From a virus (taxonomy: Duplodnaviria; Caudoviricetes): DNA of 36,024 bases. Position numbers and translations under genes: made by a program. Where the stretch lies: the IMG/VR virus record IMGVR_UViG_3300032269_001237, positions 1 through 36,024 of that record; one strand, 5' to 3'. Positions 1 through 7,332 of the stretch are shown here, piece by piece (positions within the stretch are counted from its first letter, which is position 1; each line of letters starts with the position of its first letter). Under the pieces are notes generated by a model that was not told the origin of the DNA, searched no databases, and saw nothing but the letters and a program-made list of their open reading frames with translations.

Positions 1-123
1 AAGGGTTCAAACGAAAAAGGTTTATATTTTGTATGTTTTAGCTTTTGCAAAACAACTCGCGGACTGACAGATTTTGATGTTGTAGTTGTCGTCAATTTTT
101 ACAAAAATCCCCCTCAGTCTGAT
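1..123. repeat. Terminal direct repeat, copy 1 (probably assembly overlap of a circular/permuted genome)
   Basis: 1-123 (aagggttcaa...cagtctgat) is identical to 35902-36024. Confidence 0.95.
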
Positions 124-216
124 TTTTTGACAAATCATACAACGGAATCGATTTATAAGGGAGATGAAATTTATACAATTGCTAGACTCATCTTGTTTAG
201 TTTTACGTTTCTTCAT
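22..216 (-). CDS. Hypothetical protein, possible small Zn-binding protein; competes with a + strand junction-spanning ORF
   Basis: 64 aa, basic N-terminus, CMIC...CQSASC cysteine pairs. Confidence 0.35.
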   Translation of the reverse strand: MKKRKTKQDESSNCINFISLINRFRCMICQKIRLRGIFVKIDDNYNIKICQSASCFAKAKTYKI

Positions 217-336
217 ATCTAATTAAGATTTTATTAATTTTTTTACTTTATATCCAATTATTTTAATTTAAAATTTTATTTCAATAGACGTAGTGTAGTT
301 GTTTATTATATAATAAATGTAGGAGCAAGAAATATT

Positions 337-570
337 ATGAATCGTTGCCAAATTTTCAATAGTTATTCTTTTCATCCTTGGCTAAAAAAATCTTTTAATC
401 GACTGTCTGCAAAAGAAAAGCAAATTGCTGTAGATTTTATAATAGCTCATGATTTTTTGGATAAACCTAATTTTGAGCTAGCAGTGAATCGAATGTTTTT
501 AGAAAAAGAGCGGACAAAAAATTGGACAATTATTTCAGAGCTCCTCTCTTGCGTCAACAGCGCTTTTTAA
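337..570 (+). CDS. Hypothetical protein
   Basis: 77-aa ORF; AGGAG at 321-325 and TAGACG-N18-TATAAT (285-314) upstream; 3' end overlaps the convergent MTase gene. Confidence 0.55.
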   Translation: MNRCQIFNSYSFHPWLKKSFNRLSAKEKQIAVDFIIAHDFLDKPNFELAVNRMFLEKERTKNWTIISELLSCVNSAF

Positions 571-1902
571 AAGGTCTTCATCAATTTTAATTTCGCCACA
601 TGCTTGAGTTGCTAATTTTGCATCCCCTTTGACAAAAATTAAAACATTTTGATGTGTTTTTCCTAATTTTCTTGACGCACTGAAAGCTTTTCCAGCACGC
701 AGAGCCAACGTGCCAACTGCGGTGACTAAAATTGCTTCGTTATAGAAATTAGCTCCTGCACCTTCAAAAGCTGCAATAGTGTCAGCTACAAAATTTAAAT
801 AAATTCCATTATTTTTCTTTTGGCGGACTTCTCCGACAACAAAACAAGCAAATCTATTATTTTTAAGTAATTTTACTGATTCTTTAATAATATCAAAATA
901 AGCCGCCCTAAATTCTGCATAATCTAAAGTTGATAAATCTTTTGGGTTATCTGAATAAACTTCTAAATCTGCGTAAGGCGGACAACTGAAAATTAAATCC
1001 GCTTCGATATCCTTGCAGATGGTTGCAATATCTCGCGAATCCCCGCAATGCCAAACAGGCATAGGGTCAACACAAACTTTATCGGCTTGAGCACGATTGC
1101 TTTCAATTTGCTCAGGCCGCAAATCGTTGCCAATATATTGACGATTTAATTTAGAGGCAACAATCCCTCTCACACTGCCACCAGCGAAAGGGTCTAGAAT
1201 TAAACCTTCAGAAGGACAAAACCAGCGATAAATGATTTCGCAAATTACGGGGTCAAAAATGCTTGTGCCAGACTGCACTGGCGCTTCTTGTCCTTTGACT
1301 TTTTTTAAAAGGGTAGCAGTTTTTGAAAAACCAAGCAGGTCGTTTGCTCTGCCTTGCTCGCTTTCTATTCCCATAGCTATCCAAGATCTTTTCCGGTCCT
1401 GCCACCATCCTTCCCGAGCATTCCACACAGAAAAAGGAGGAATTAAAAACTTTTCAGATAAATTACCTTTTGTTTCTTTATCAGGTTCTTTTTCATTCAA
1501 ATCAATGGCGAAATCTTTGAGGCCTAACAAATCAATATTAAAATCTGGTCCTAGATCAGCAATATCGCAATTAATTGTTGCAAGATCTAATTCACTCCAA
1601 GCTGCTATGGCATTATCTGCGATTAAATCAGCGTATTCTTGTTCTTCGCTTTCGTAATCTTGAAAAGAAACAGGAACTTCGGTCCATTCATTTCTTTGAG
1701 CGGCTAAAAGCCTTCCGTGTCCGGATGTTATAAAACCGCTTTGATTGGAGACTTTGATGGGATAACGCCAACCTTGATATTTTAAAATTTCCGCTAGACG
1801 CTCTTCCTGTTGATGTGTGTGGTTATTTCTGTTTTTAGGGTGATGCTTCAGGTCAGAAATAGCAACTAAACGATCGTAGGGACAATGGATTTTCATACGC
1901 AA
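535..1902 (-). CDS. ParB/Srx-like N-terminal domain fused to an amino-DNA methyltransferase (N4-C/N6-A type)
   Basis: N-terminus HPKNRNNH...GWRYPI...ITSGHGRLLAA...IADN (ParB-like); SAM-binding motif I ILDPFAGGSVRG precedes catalytic motif IV FSCPPY. Confidence 0.85.
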   Translation of the reverse strand: MRMKIHCPYDRLVAISDLKHHPKNRNNHTHQQEERLAEILKYQGWRYPIKVSNQSGFITSGHGRLLAAQRNEWTEVPVSFQDYESEEQEYADLIADNAIAAWSELDLATINCDIADLGPDFNIDLLGLKDFAIDLNEKEPDKETKGNLSEKFLIPPFSVWNAREGWWQDRKRSWIAMGIESEQGRANDLLGFSKTATLLKKVKGQEAPVQSGTSIFDPVICEIIYRWFCPSEGLILDPFAGGSVRGIVASKLNRQYIGNDLRPEQIESNRAQADKVCVDPMPVWHCGDSRDIATICKDIEADLIFSCPPYADLEVYSDNPKDLSTLDYAEFRAAYFDIIKESVKLLKNNRFACFVVGEVRQKKNNGIYLNFVADTIAAFEGAGANFYNEAILVTAVGTLALRAGKAFSASRKLGKTHQNVLIFVKGDAKLATQACGEIKIDEDLLKSAVDAREEL

Positions 1903-1946
1903 AATTTAGCCGATAAAAAGAAAACAAAAAAGAAAAACTTTGAATT

Positions 1947-1963
1947 TATAATAACTTAAGTTA
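1947..1963 (+). promoter_or_regulatory. Putative -10 element with overlapping palindrome in the divergent MTase/replication intergenic region
   Basis: TATAAT at 1947-1952 preceded by A-tracts; palindrome TAACTTAAGTTA at 1952-1963. Confidence 0.4.
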
Positions 1964-2082
1964 GAAAAGCTTTTATGAATTTTGACGAATTCGTACAGAT
2001 TTACCAACCCTAAAAAAGTTTCGGTATGTGGTCTGAAAATTCAAGAGGCGTCAAGCCTCACTCTGTACACAGACGCATATCG

Positions 2083-2116
2083 GCCCGACTAGCGTCAACT
2101 AAGTCGGGCATTTTTT
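2083..2116 (+). terminator. Intrinsic terminator-like hairpin directly upstream of the replication gene RBS
   Basis: GCCCGAC-TAG-[CGTCAA]-CTA-A-GTCGGGC followed by ATTTTTT. Confidence 0.6.
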
Positions 2117-2125
2117 AAGGGCAGC

Positions 2126-3019
2126 ATGGCAAGAATCAACATTGAAGACAGTTGGTGGGTATCCGCAAGGCGGTCAGCTCTCATCAGAGCTTTAGGATCG
2201 GAAGAGATGGCAGACGGCGCAGCCGTGCGTCTATGGCGTATGGGTCAAGACTATTGGAAGGAAAACCACCAAGCAATACCCAAGCAGTGCTTCGATTTGC
2301 TTGGCTGTGCTTCGGCTTTGCTTGAAAGTGGTTTAGCAGTGCTAGACGGTGAGTGGGTGCATGTTCGCGGAGCGGGAAAAGCTTACGAATGGCTAGAAAA
2401 AAAGAAAGCGGCGGGGGCTAAGGGAGGGAAGAAATCGGCTCAAAGAAGTCGAGATTCCCAAGGAAAACTCCAAGCACAACCCAAGCAAGAGCCAAGCACA
2501 ACCCAAGCAATGCTCAAGCAAACCCAAGCCTCTTACTCTTACTCTTCCTCTTCCTCCCCCTCTTCCTCCCCCTCACCCTCTGACTCAAATTCTTTTTCTA
2601 AAAATAAAAATGCGGGAATTCGAATCGAATATCCCGAAGATTTTGATCAACTTTGGTTTTTGTATGATCGTAAGGGCGACAAGAAAGCCAGCTTCGAGGA
2701 ATTCAAAAAACTAAACTTGAGCACAGAACTCTTAAGTCTATTAAGAACGGCTATAAAAAATTATAAAACAATGAAGCCAGATGCAAAATATCGCAAAGAC
2801 TTTCAACGGTATTTAAATACGGATTGGAGGGAAGATTTAAAACTAAAAGTAATACCCGAAATAGTTAGTTCACAATATAAAACTAAACAGCAATTAATAC
2901 ACGAAGCTAATGACGCTTTTTTCAAAAAGCAAATGGCAGAATTGGAACAACAAAAAGGAGCAACAAATGACGAAGAACACTTTGATGGTACAACTTCATG
3001 GTTTAGCGAGAATCTTTGA
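2126..3019 (+). CDS. Phage replication initiator protein (lambda O-like organisation)
   Basis: Helical N-domain, AGAKGGKKSA motif, internal iteron-encoded linker, Ser-rich tract, C-terminal YPEDFDQLWFLY...K..F..YLN..W domain typical of phage initiators; precedes loader-like genes. Confidence 0.75.
   Translation: MARINIEDSWWVSARRSALIRALGSEEMADGAAVRLWRMGQDYWKENHQAIPKQCFDLLGCASALLESGLAVLDGEWVHVRGAGKAYEWLEKKKAAGAKGGKKSAQRSRDSQGKLQAQPKQEPSTTQAMLKQTQASYSYSSSSSPSSSPSPSDSNSFSKNKNAGIRIEYPEDFDQLWFLYDRKGDKKASFEEFKKLNLSTELLSLLRTAIKNYKTMKPDAKYRKDFQRYLNTDWREDLKLKVIPEIVSSQYKTKQQLIHEANDAFFKKQMAELEQQKGATNDEEHFDGTTSWFSENL
2270..2324. repeat. Secondary iteron cluster, partly inverted
   Basis: CAAGCA at 2270 and 2281, then TGCTT(C/G) at 2288, 2298, 2308, 2319. 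Confidence 0.55.
2471..2529 (+). repeat. Iteron array (putative replication origin) inside the initiator gene
   Basis: CAAGCA at 2471, 2482, 2493, 2504, 2515 (11-nt period) and CAAGC at 2525; followed by a pyrimidine tract and an AT-rich stretch at ~2591-2611. Confidence 0.7.
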
Positions 3020-3533
3020 TCAAGTCGTTGATGCACAGTTAACTGCGATTTGGTTGAGTGTCTTAGGCGAGTTGAGTGACGAAGAATTAGTCACGGCAGT
3101 CAAAGCTTATTGCCTCGATGCTGAAAGCAAGTTTTTTCCAAAACCCGGACAGATCTATCGTTTGGCTCGACCTGAATTTGACACCAAAGAAGAGGCTGCA
3201 GTCATTGCAGATCATATTTTTGCTGCTCTACGAGCATACGGAGCTGACTCAGTCGGAACTGCAAAAGCTAGACAAAAAATCGGCGAAATTGGTTGGAATT
3301 GGATCATCAACTGCGGTGGTTGGAGTACTTTCGTTTGTCGAGGAATCGAGGAAGAGCAAGTCCCAGCGCTTCAAGCGCAATGTCGACTTGCAATTTTAGG
3401 CTTGCTTTCTAAACAGAAGTATGATAAAGAGAGTCATTCAATTAAAAATAAAGTGCGAAGCTTGAAAGATTTCGGGCTCGCAATGAAAGCAATCGATACA
3501 ACAGAGGAGAGAAACGGTGCGAGTAGTACGTAG
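2967..3533 (+). CDS. Helicase loader/inhibitor-like protein (lambda P / G39P positional analogue)
   Basis: Start moved to ATG 2967 because of AAGGAG at 2955-2960; motif W...L..L...E...AV......KFFPKPGQI; follows the initiator. Confidence 0.6.
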   Translation: MTKNTLMVQLHGLARIFDQVVDAQLTAIWLSVLGELSDEELVTAVKAYCLDAESKFFPKPGQIYRLARPEFDTKEEAAVIADHIFAALRAYGADSVGTAKARQKIGEIGWNWIINCGGWSTFVCRGIEEEQVPALQAQCRLAILGLLSKQKYDKESHSIKNKVRSLKDFGLAMKAIDTTEERNGASST

Positions 3534-3792
3534 TGCCGAAATTGAAAAACCAATTATTGAAAAGACTATCAAAGACTTAGCTGAGTATTATTTCACGCAA
3601 ATAACACCCCATCAAGTAGAAATGTATATTGAAGACTTAATGGATTTGGGAAGTGAAACAGTACAAGCGGCTGCAAAAGAATATCGTTTGCATTTTGATC
3701 ATGATAAATTTCCACTGCCTGGAAAGCTTAGAAAAACGGCTTTATTTTTGAACGATGAAATTTGGAGTCACAAAAAACAAATGCCTTGTTGA
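3517..3792 (+). CDS. Short paralogue of the loader-like N-terminal domain
   Basis: MYIEDLMDLGSETVQAAAKEY...KFPLPGKL aligns by eye with IWLSVLGELSDEELVTAVKAY...FFPKPGQI; GAGGAG upstream. Confidence 0.55.
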   Translation: MRVVRSAEIEKPIIEKTIKDLAEYYFTQITPHQVEMYIEDLMDLGSETVQAAAKEYRLHFDHDKFPLPGKLRKTALFLNDEIWSHKKQMPC

Positions 3793-3799
3793 GAAAATT

Positions 3800-3976
3800 A
3801 TGAAAATTGAAAATCAAAAAAAAGAACAGTGCTCCAAGTGCTTAGAGATTCAAGAACAAAAAGAACATCTTTGGACGATGGTGGATGACGCAGAAGAGCG
3901 CTTGAAAAAAGCAGATCAAGTGATCCTCGCGCTTACGAAATACATTACAGTTTTAGTGAAAAGAGAACGACAATGA
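3800..3976 (+). CDS. Hypothetical coiled-coil protein with CxxC
   Basis: ORF track 3755..3976; likelier start ATG 3800; ATGA overlap with next gene. Confidence 0.5.
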   Translation: MKIENQKKEQCSKCLEIQEQKEHLWTMVDDAEERLKKADQVILALTKYITVLVKRERQ

Positions 3977-4314
3977 ACTTTAAACTTATCGCATTTTTAA
4001 TCGGACTATTCCTTGTCGTCACCCTAGGCCTAGCTATCTCATCGCAAGCGTGCGTACTGAAGCAATATGACCAGGTCTTCGTCGCTGAAAAGGGCATTCT
4101 GTACACCGTGACCACGTTTGAGTGTGAAGATCTTTTTGAAGTTGAGATTTCAGACGACACGCAGAAGATTCTCACAATTACCCAGATCCCAGAGATCCAT
4201 GTAAACCGCGTCGTATCGCTGATTAAGGCGGGGCTGAAAGACTTCAGGCATGACGCACGAACCGGCATCACGGCTAAATTTGTCAGCATCAGCGACGTCA
4301 CCGGATCGCCTTAA
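3973..4314 (+). CDS. Hypothetical exported or membrane-anchored protein
   Basis: N-terminal MNFK followed by a ~20-residue hydrophobic segment ending SQA. Confidence 0.6.
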   Translation: MNFKLIAFLIGLFLVVTLGLAISSQACVLKQYDQVFVAEKGILYTVTTFECEDLFEVEISDDTQKILTITQIPEIHVNRVVSLIKAGLKDFRHDARTGITAKFVSISDVTGSP

Positions 4315-4339
4315 AAGTTGATGGCTTTGCAATTACTTC

Positions 4340-4376
4340 TTGAAACTCTTTTTTGATCATTGTATGACTTAGTCAT
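4340..4376 (+). promoter_or_regulatory. Putative sigma70-like promoter with operator-like palindrome upstream of bet
   Basis: TTGAAA(4340-4345)-N17-TATGAC(4363-4368); palindrome ATGACT-T-AGTCAT at 4364-4376 overlaps ATG 4375. Confidence 0.45.
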
Positions 4377-5331
4377 GCAAACGGACCTAATCAAATCAAA
4401 TGAAGTACTAAAAGATTCAAGATTCACCGTTGACCAAATTGAACTTTTGAAGCAGACGGTCTGTAAGAACGCGACAAACGACGAATTCAAGCTTTTCTGC
4501 TACGCGGTTCACCGATCGGGACTAGATCCGTTTATGAAACAGATTCACGCAGTCAAGCGCTGGAATGCCAAATTAGGGCGTGATGAAATGACTGTTCAAG
4601 TCGGAATTGACGGATACCGCCTGATTGCTGACCGAACCGGACTTTACGCCGGAAACGACGAAGCGATTTTTGATCGAGAGCCAAAACCTACTAAAGCGAC
4701 CGTAACCGTTTATAAGATCGTGCAAGGGCAGAGGTGCGCGTTTACAGCTACTGCAAGATGGTCAGAATACTATCCAGGAGACAAGCAAGGTTTTATGTGG
4801 AATAAGATGCCTTGCGTCATGCTCGGTAAGGTGGCAGAGACTTTAGCCCTTAGAAAAGCATTTCCAGCCGAGCTATCCGGTCTATATACTCAAGAAGAAA
4901 TGGATCAAGCCGATAAAGAAGTTTTAAACGAAAATGGGCACGTTTTACCTCGTGGAGGAATCGTTCCCGAAGCTGGGAACCAGGATGGCGCTACGCCGAA
5001 GGGCGAGGTAATCAACGTACCCAAGGTTCAAATTGTAGCGAAAGTGAACCCACCTCAAGAGCATAAGCCCGAACCTAAAAAAGAAACAGGCATGTTTGAC
5101 GATTTTCAAGGGCAGCTCATTACCGAGGATTTAGAAAGCTATATCCCCGCATCGGGAAGACTCAAAGGAATCCCTCTCCGTCAAAAATCAGATGAAGAGT
5201 TGAAACTCTACTTCAAAGACACGATGCTAGCCATTGCGCAAAGTGGCAAGCCTTTCGAGCAACACTCGCTCGAGCGGCAAGAGATTTTAAACACGATTGA
5301 GAAAGTGCTGAAGGGTCGGAAGGTATTTTAA
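4375..5331 (+). CDS. bet: Phage recombination protein Bet (RecT/Red-beta family annealase)
   Basis: CKNATNDEFKLF...GLDPFMKQIHAVKR...QVGIDGYRLIADRTG.YAG...W.KMP..ML.KVAE.LALRKAFP..LSGLY..EEM; start may be TTG 4360 or ATG 4375. Confidence 0.9.
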   Translation: MQTDLIKSNEVLKDSRFTVDQIELLKQTVCKNATNDEFKLFCYAVHRSGLDPFMKQIHAVKRWNAKLGRDEMTVQVGIDGYRLIADRTGLYAGNDEAIFDREPKPTKATVTVYKIVQGQRCAFTATARWSEYYPGDKQGFMWNKMPCVMLGKVAETLALRKAFPAELSGLYTQEEMDQADKEVLNENGHVLPRGGIVPEAGNQDGATPKGEVINVPKVQIVAKVNPPQEHKPEPKKETGMFDDFQGQLITEDLESYIPASGRLKGIPLRQKSDEELKLYFKDTMLAIAQSGKPFEQHSLERQEILNTIEKVLKGRKVF

Positions 5332-5571
5332 GTGACTAGATACTTGCGTTTAAAATCTTGGTTAAAATCTTATTGTTGGTCTGGGTCTGGTTCTAGGTCT
5401 TGGTCTGAGTCTGGGTCTGGTTCTCGGTTTTGGTCTGGCTCTAGGTTTTGGTCTAGGTCTAGGTCTGGGTCTAGGTCTAGGTCTGGGGCTTGGTCTGGGT
5501 CTGGGTCTAGATCTTGGTCTGGGGCTTGGTTTGGGTCTAGATCTTGGTCTAGATCTTGGTCTAAAATTTAA
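5332..5571 (+). CDS. Low-complexity (Trp/Gly/Arg)-Ser repeat protein
   Basis: GTG immediately after the bet stop, GGAAGG upstream; 31 in-frame dipeptide units. Confidence 0.55.
   Translation: MTRYLRLKSWLKSYCWSGSGSRSWSESGSGSRFWSGSRFWSRSRSGSRSRSGAWSGSGSRSWSGAWFGSRSWSRSWSKI
5377..5562 (+). repeat. Degenerate hexamer tandem repeat (consensus NGGTCT) x31
   Basis: tggtct gggtct ggttct aggtct ...; 26 of 31 units end in TCT. Confidence 0.9.
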
Positions 5572-5591
5572 TAAATTTCAGGAGAAAAAAA

Positions 5592-5825
5592 ATGGAAAAT
5601 AATTTTGAAAATTATATTAATGAACGCATTACTTTATTTTGCGCGAATTACATTTATAGCGGGCGCTTGAGTAAAATTTCAAACGGCTGGTTAACTTTAG
5701 CAGAGGCTGGGATTGTGTATGAAACTGGGCCTTTTGAGTCAAAGGAATGGCAGGATTATCAAGCATTGCCTCATCCAATTCACATTAATGTAAACTCGGT
5801 CGAATCACTTATGATTTTAAAATAA
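5592..5825 (+). CDS. Small protein, possible Sm/LSm-like fold
   Basis: 77 aa, AGGAG RBS; pattern YINERITLFC..YIYSGRL......LTL.EA......IHINVNSVESL resembles Sm1/Sm2. Confidence 0.55.
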   Translation: MENNFENYINERITLFCANYIYSGRLSKISNGWLTLAEAGIVYETGPFESKEWQDYQALPHPIHINVNSVESLMILK

Positions 5826-5900
5826 ATGACGACAATCGCCATCTCTCTGTGCGTATTGATTTTACTGATTTTGGTAATATTTTTTCTGTTGGTGATCTAG
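5826..5900 (+). CDS. 24-aa single-transmembrane micropeptide (not in ORF track)
   Basis: MTTIAISLCVLILLILVIFFLLVI*; exactly fills the gap between stop 5825 and ssb ATG 5901. Confidence 0.5.
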   Translation: MTTIAISLCVLILLILVIFFLLVI

Positions 5901-6302
5901 ATGAATAAAGTTCTTTTAATTGGAAACTGTGGCTCAAAACCTGAACTGCGTTACACGCAAAACGGGACGGCTGTACTCTCTCCCTCTATCGCTGTAACTA
6001 AAAGCTATAAAGACGCGCAAGGACAACCCGTCAAAACGACGACGTGGGTCAATATCGTCGTTTACGGCAAGCGGGCCGAGTGGGCATCTCAAGAACTCCA
6101 AAAGGGCACGAAGGTCTTCGTCGAAGGGGAGCTCAATATCAGAGACTACCAAGCGAAGGACGGGAGTAAAAAGACAGTGGTCGAAGTCGTCGCCTTTCAG
6201 TTCGTACCCTTCACGGCGAAAAAGGAAGCTCAAGCTCAATCTTACGCCCCCCCTGCTACGTTTGACATGGGCACGATGAGCGAGGAAGATATTCCTTTCT
6301 AG
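5901..6302 (+). CDS. ssb: Single-stranded DNA-binding protein
   Basis: MNKVLLIGN...PELRYTQNG...KG.KVFVEG.L..R.Y..KDG and acidic C-terminal EEDIPF. Confidence 0.95.
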   Translation: MNKVLLIGNCGSKPELRYTQNGTAVLSPSIAVTKSYKDAQGQPVKTTTWVNIVVYGKRAEWASQELQKGTKVFVEGELNIRDYQAKDGSKKTVVEVVAFQFVPFTAKKEAQAQSYAPPATFDMGTMSEEDIPF

Positions 6303-6315
6303 GAAAGTTTTAGAT

Positions 6316-6555
6316 ATGAACGAGAAATCAGGAACTCAAGTTGTGCAACTCATCGAAGTCGACCCTAACAAGCTCATTGAAATCGGACAGCGTTTAAAAC
6401 AAACGGCTATGGATAACGCCTATCCCGGTGAGAGTGTGATCTATCAATTCACACCTAAAATCACGTTCGTCTATCACCCCGAGGCTGAATTCTTAAAACC
6501 GCGGCACACTACGGGTTTAACTCTCAATATTCCAGAGGCGGGCGATGAAGTGTAG
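6316..6555 (+). CDS. Hypothetical protein
   Basis: 79-aa ORF in a tightly packed operon, AGGA upstream. Confidence 0.6.
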   Translation: MNEKSGTQVVQLIEVDPNKLIEIGQRLKQTAMDNAYPGESVIYQFTPKITFVYHPEAEFLKPRHTTGLTLNIPEAGDEV

Positions 6556-6736
6556 GCTTTGCGGCGGTCAGGGTTATGTGAATTTGAACATCGACTCTCC
6601 AGAGGAGAAACGCGTCGATTGCGTTTTTTGTGACGGCTTAGGTTATGACAAAAATGCGAAATGGGAAAAACAGAATCAATCTGACTGGGAGCGGGAGTGG
6701 GCAGACTATCCGCGCTACCACAAGGGGTCGTCTTGA
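6545..6736 (+). CDS. Small DnaJ-type zinc-finger protein
   Basis: CRLCGGQG and CVFCDGLG (CxxCxGxG x2). Confidence 0.65.
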   Translation: MKCRLCGGQGYVNLNIDSPEEKRVDCVFCDGLGYDKNAKWEKQNQSDWEREWADYPRYHKGSS

Positions 6737-6915
6737 AAAATAAACTTTTATCAGTCGAAGAAATCGCAGCTCATCTCAGCGTTGCACAGATCACGATCTA
6801 CCGCTGGGTGACGCAAAAGAAAATCCCGTGTCACCGAGTCGGCAAACAATGGCGTTTCATTCAATCCGAGATTGACGCTTGGATTCAATCGGGCAAATCT
6901 GCAAAAAAAGCCTAG
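6733..6915 (+). CDS. Excisionase-family (HTH_17/MerR-like) DNA-binding protein
   Basis: LLSVEEIAAHLSVAQITIYRWV...IPCHRVGKQWRF..SEID.W; TTG start overlaps the previous TGA; AAGGGG RBS. Confidence 0.85.
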   Translation: MKNKLLSVEEIAAHLSVAQITIYRWVTQKKIPCHRVGKQWRFIQSEIDAWIQSGKSAKKA

Positions 6916-7313
6916 CCGTTTTCAAGTCGTAAAATCTGCCCCTCAATCAAGTAAGCCTTCACGTCCTCAAGCGACCGAGCAACAAAAGCAATAGCACCCA
7001 ATTCATTCATGCGGTCTAAAAACACCTCTTGGTGAGGCATGAGCCTGCCCTTTGCACTCTTAACCTCGATACACAGCATATAGCCTTGCCAGACGCCTAA
7101 AATGTCAGAACTACCCTTCTCACTAAATCGGTGGGTGGGTCTAAGATAGATTCCTCGTTTTGCGTTAAAAGTCCCCATGGATTTATTCTTCCAGGCAAAA
7201 CATCCCCTTTGGTAGTTCAGCCAAAGTAAAATCTCTTGCTCAATGTCCTTCTCCTTCCTCATTGTAACTTTAGGCTTTCGAATCGTGCGGGGGGGTTTTT
7301 TATTTCGAATCAT
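6912..7313 (-). CDS. VRR-NUC domain nuclease
   Basis: EKDIEQEI...G.SDI......CIEVKS.KGR....Q..F...M...G..AFVARS; true start probably ATG 7262. Confidence 0.85.
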   Translation of the reverse strand: MIRNKKPPRTIRKPKVTMRKEKDIEQEILLWLNYQRGCFAWKNKSMGTFNAKRGIYLRPTHRFSEKGSSDILGVWQGYMLCIEVKSAKGRLMPHQEVFLDRMNELGAIAFVARSLEDVKAYLIEGQILRLENG

Positions 7314-7332
7314 TGAGGTAGCCTATACGGGT

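Noticed and set aside
1232-1657. 141-aa + strand ORF and similar nested or antisense ORFs (e.g. 3945..4301, 5934..6239, 14035..14367, 25610..25945)
   Set aside because: Fully overlap better-supported genes and show no motifs or RBS
535-1902. Plasmid partition system based on the ParB-like domain
   Set aside because: Domain is fused to an MTase, lacks an evident HTH, and no ParA is present
5377-5562. CRISPR array
   Set aside because: Contiguous degenerate 6-mers with no unique spacers and no cas genes
7289-7302. G7-T7 run and other ~7-nt G/C runs as phase-variable tracts
   Set aside because: Short and scattered throughout the genome; only the G10 run stands out
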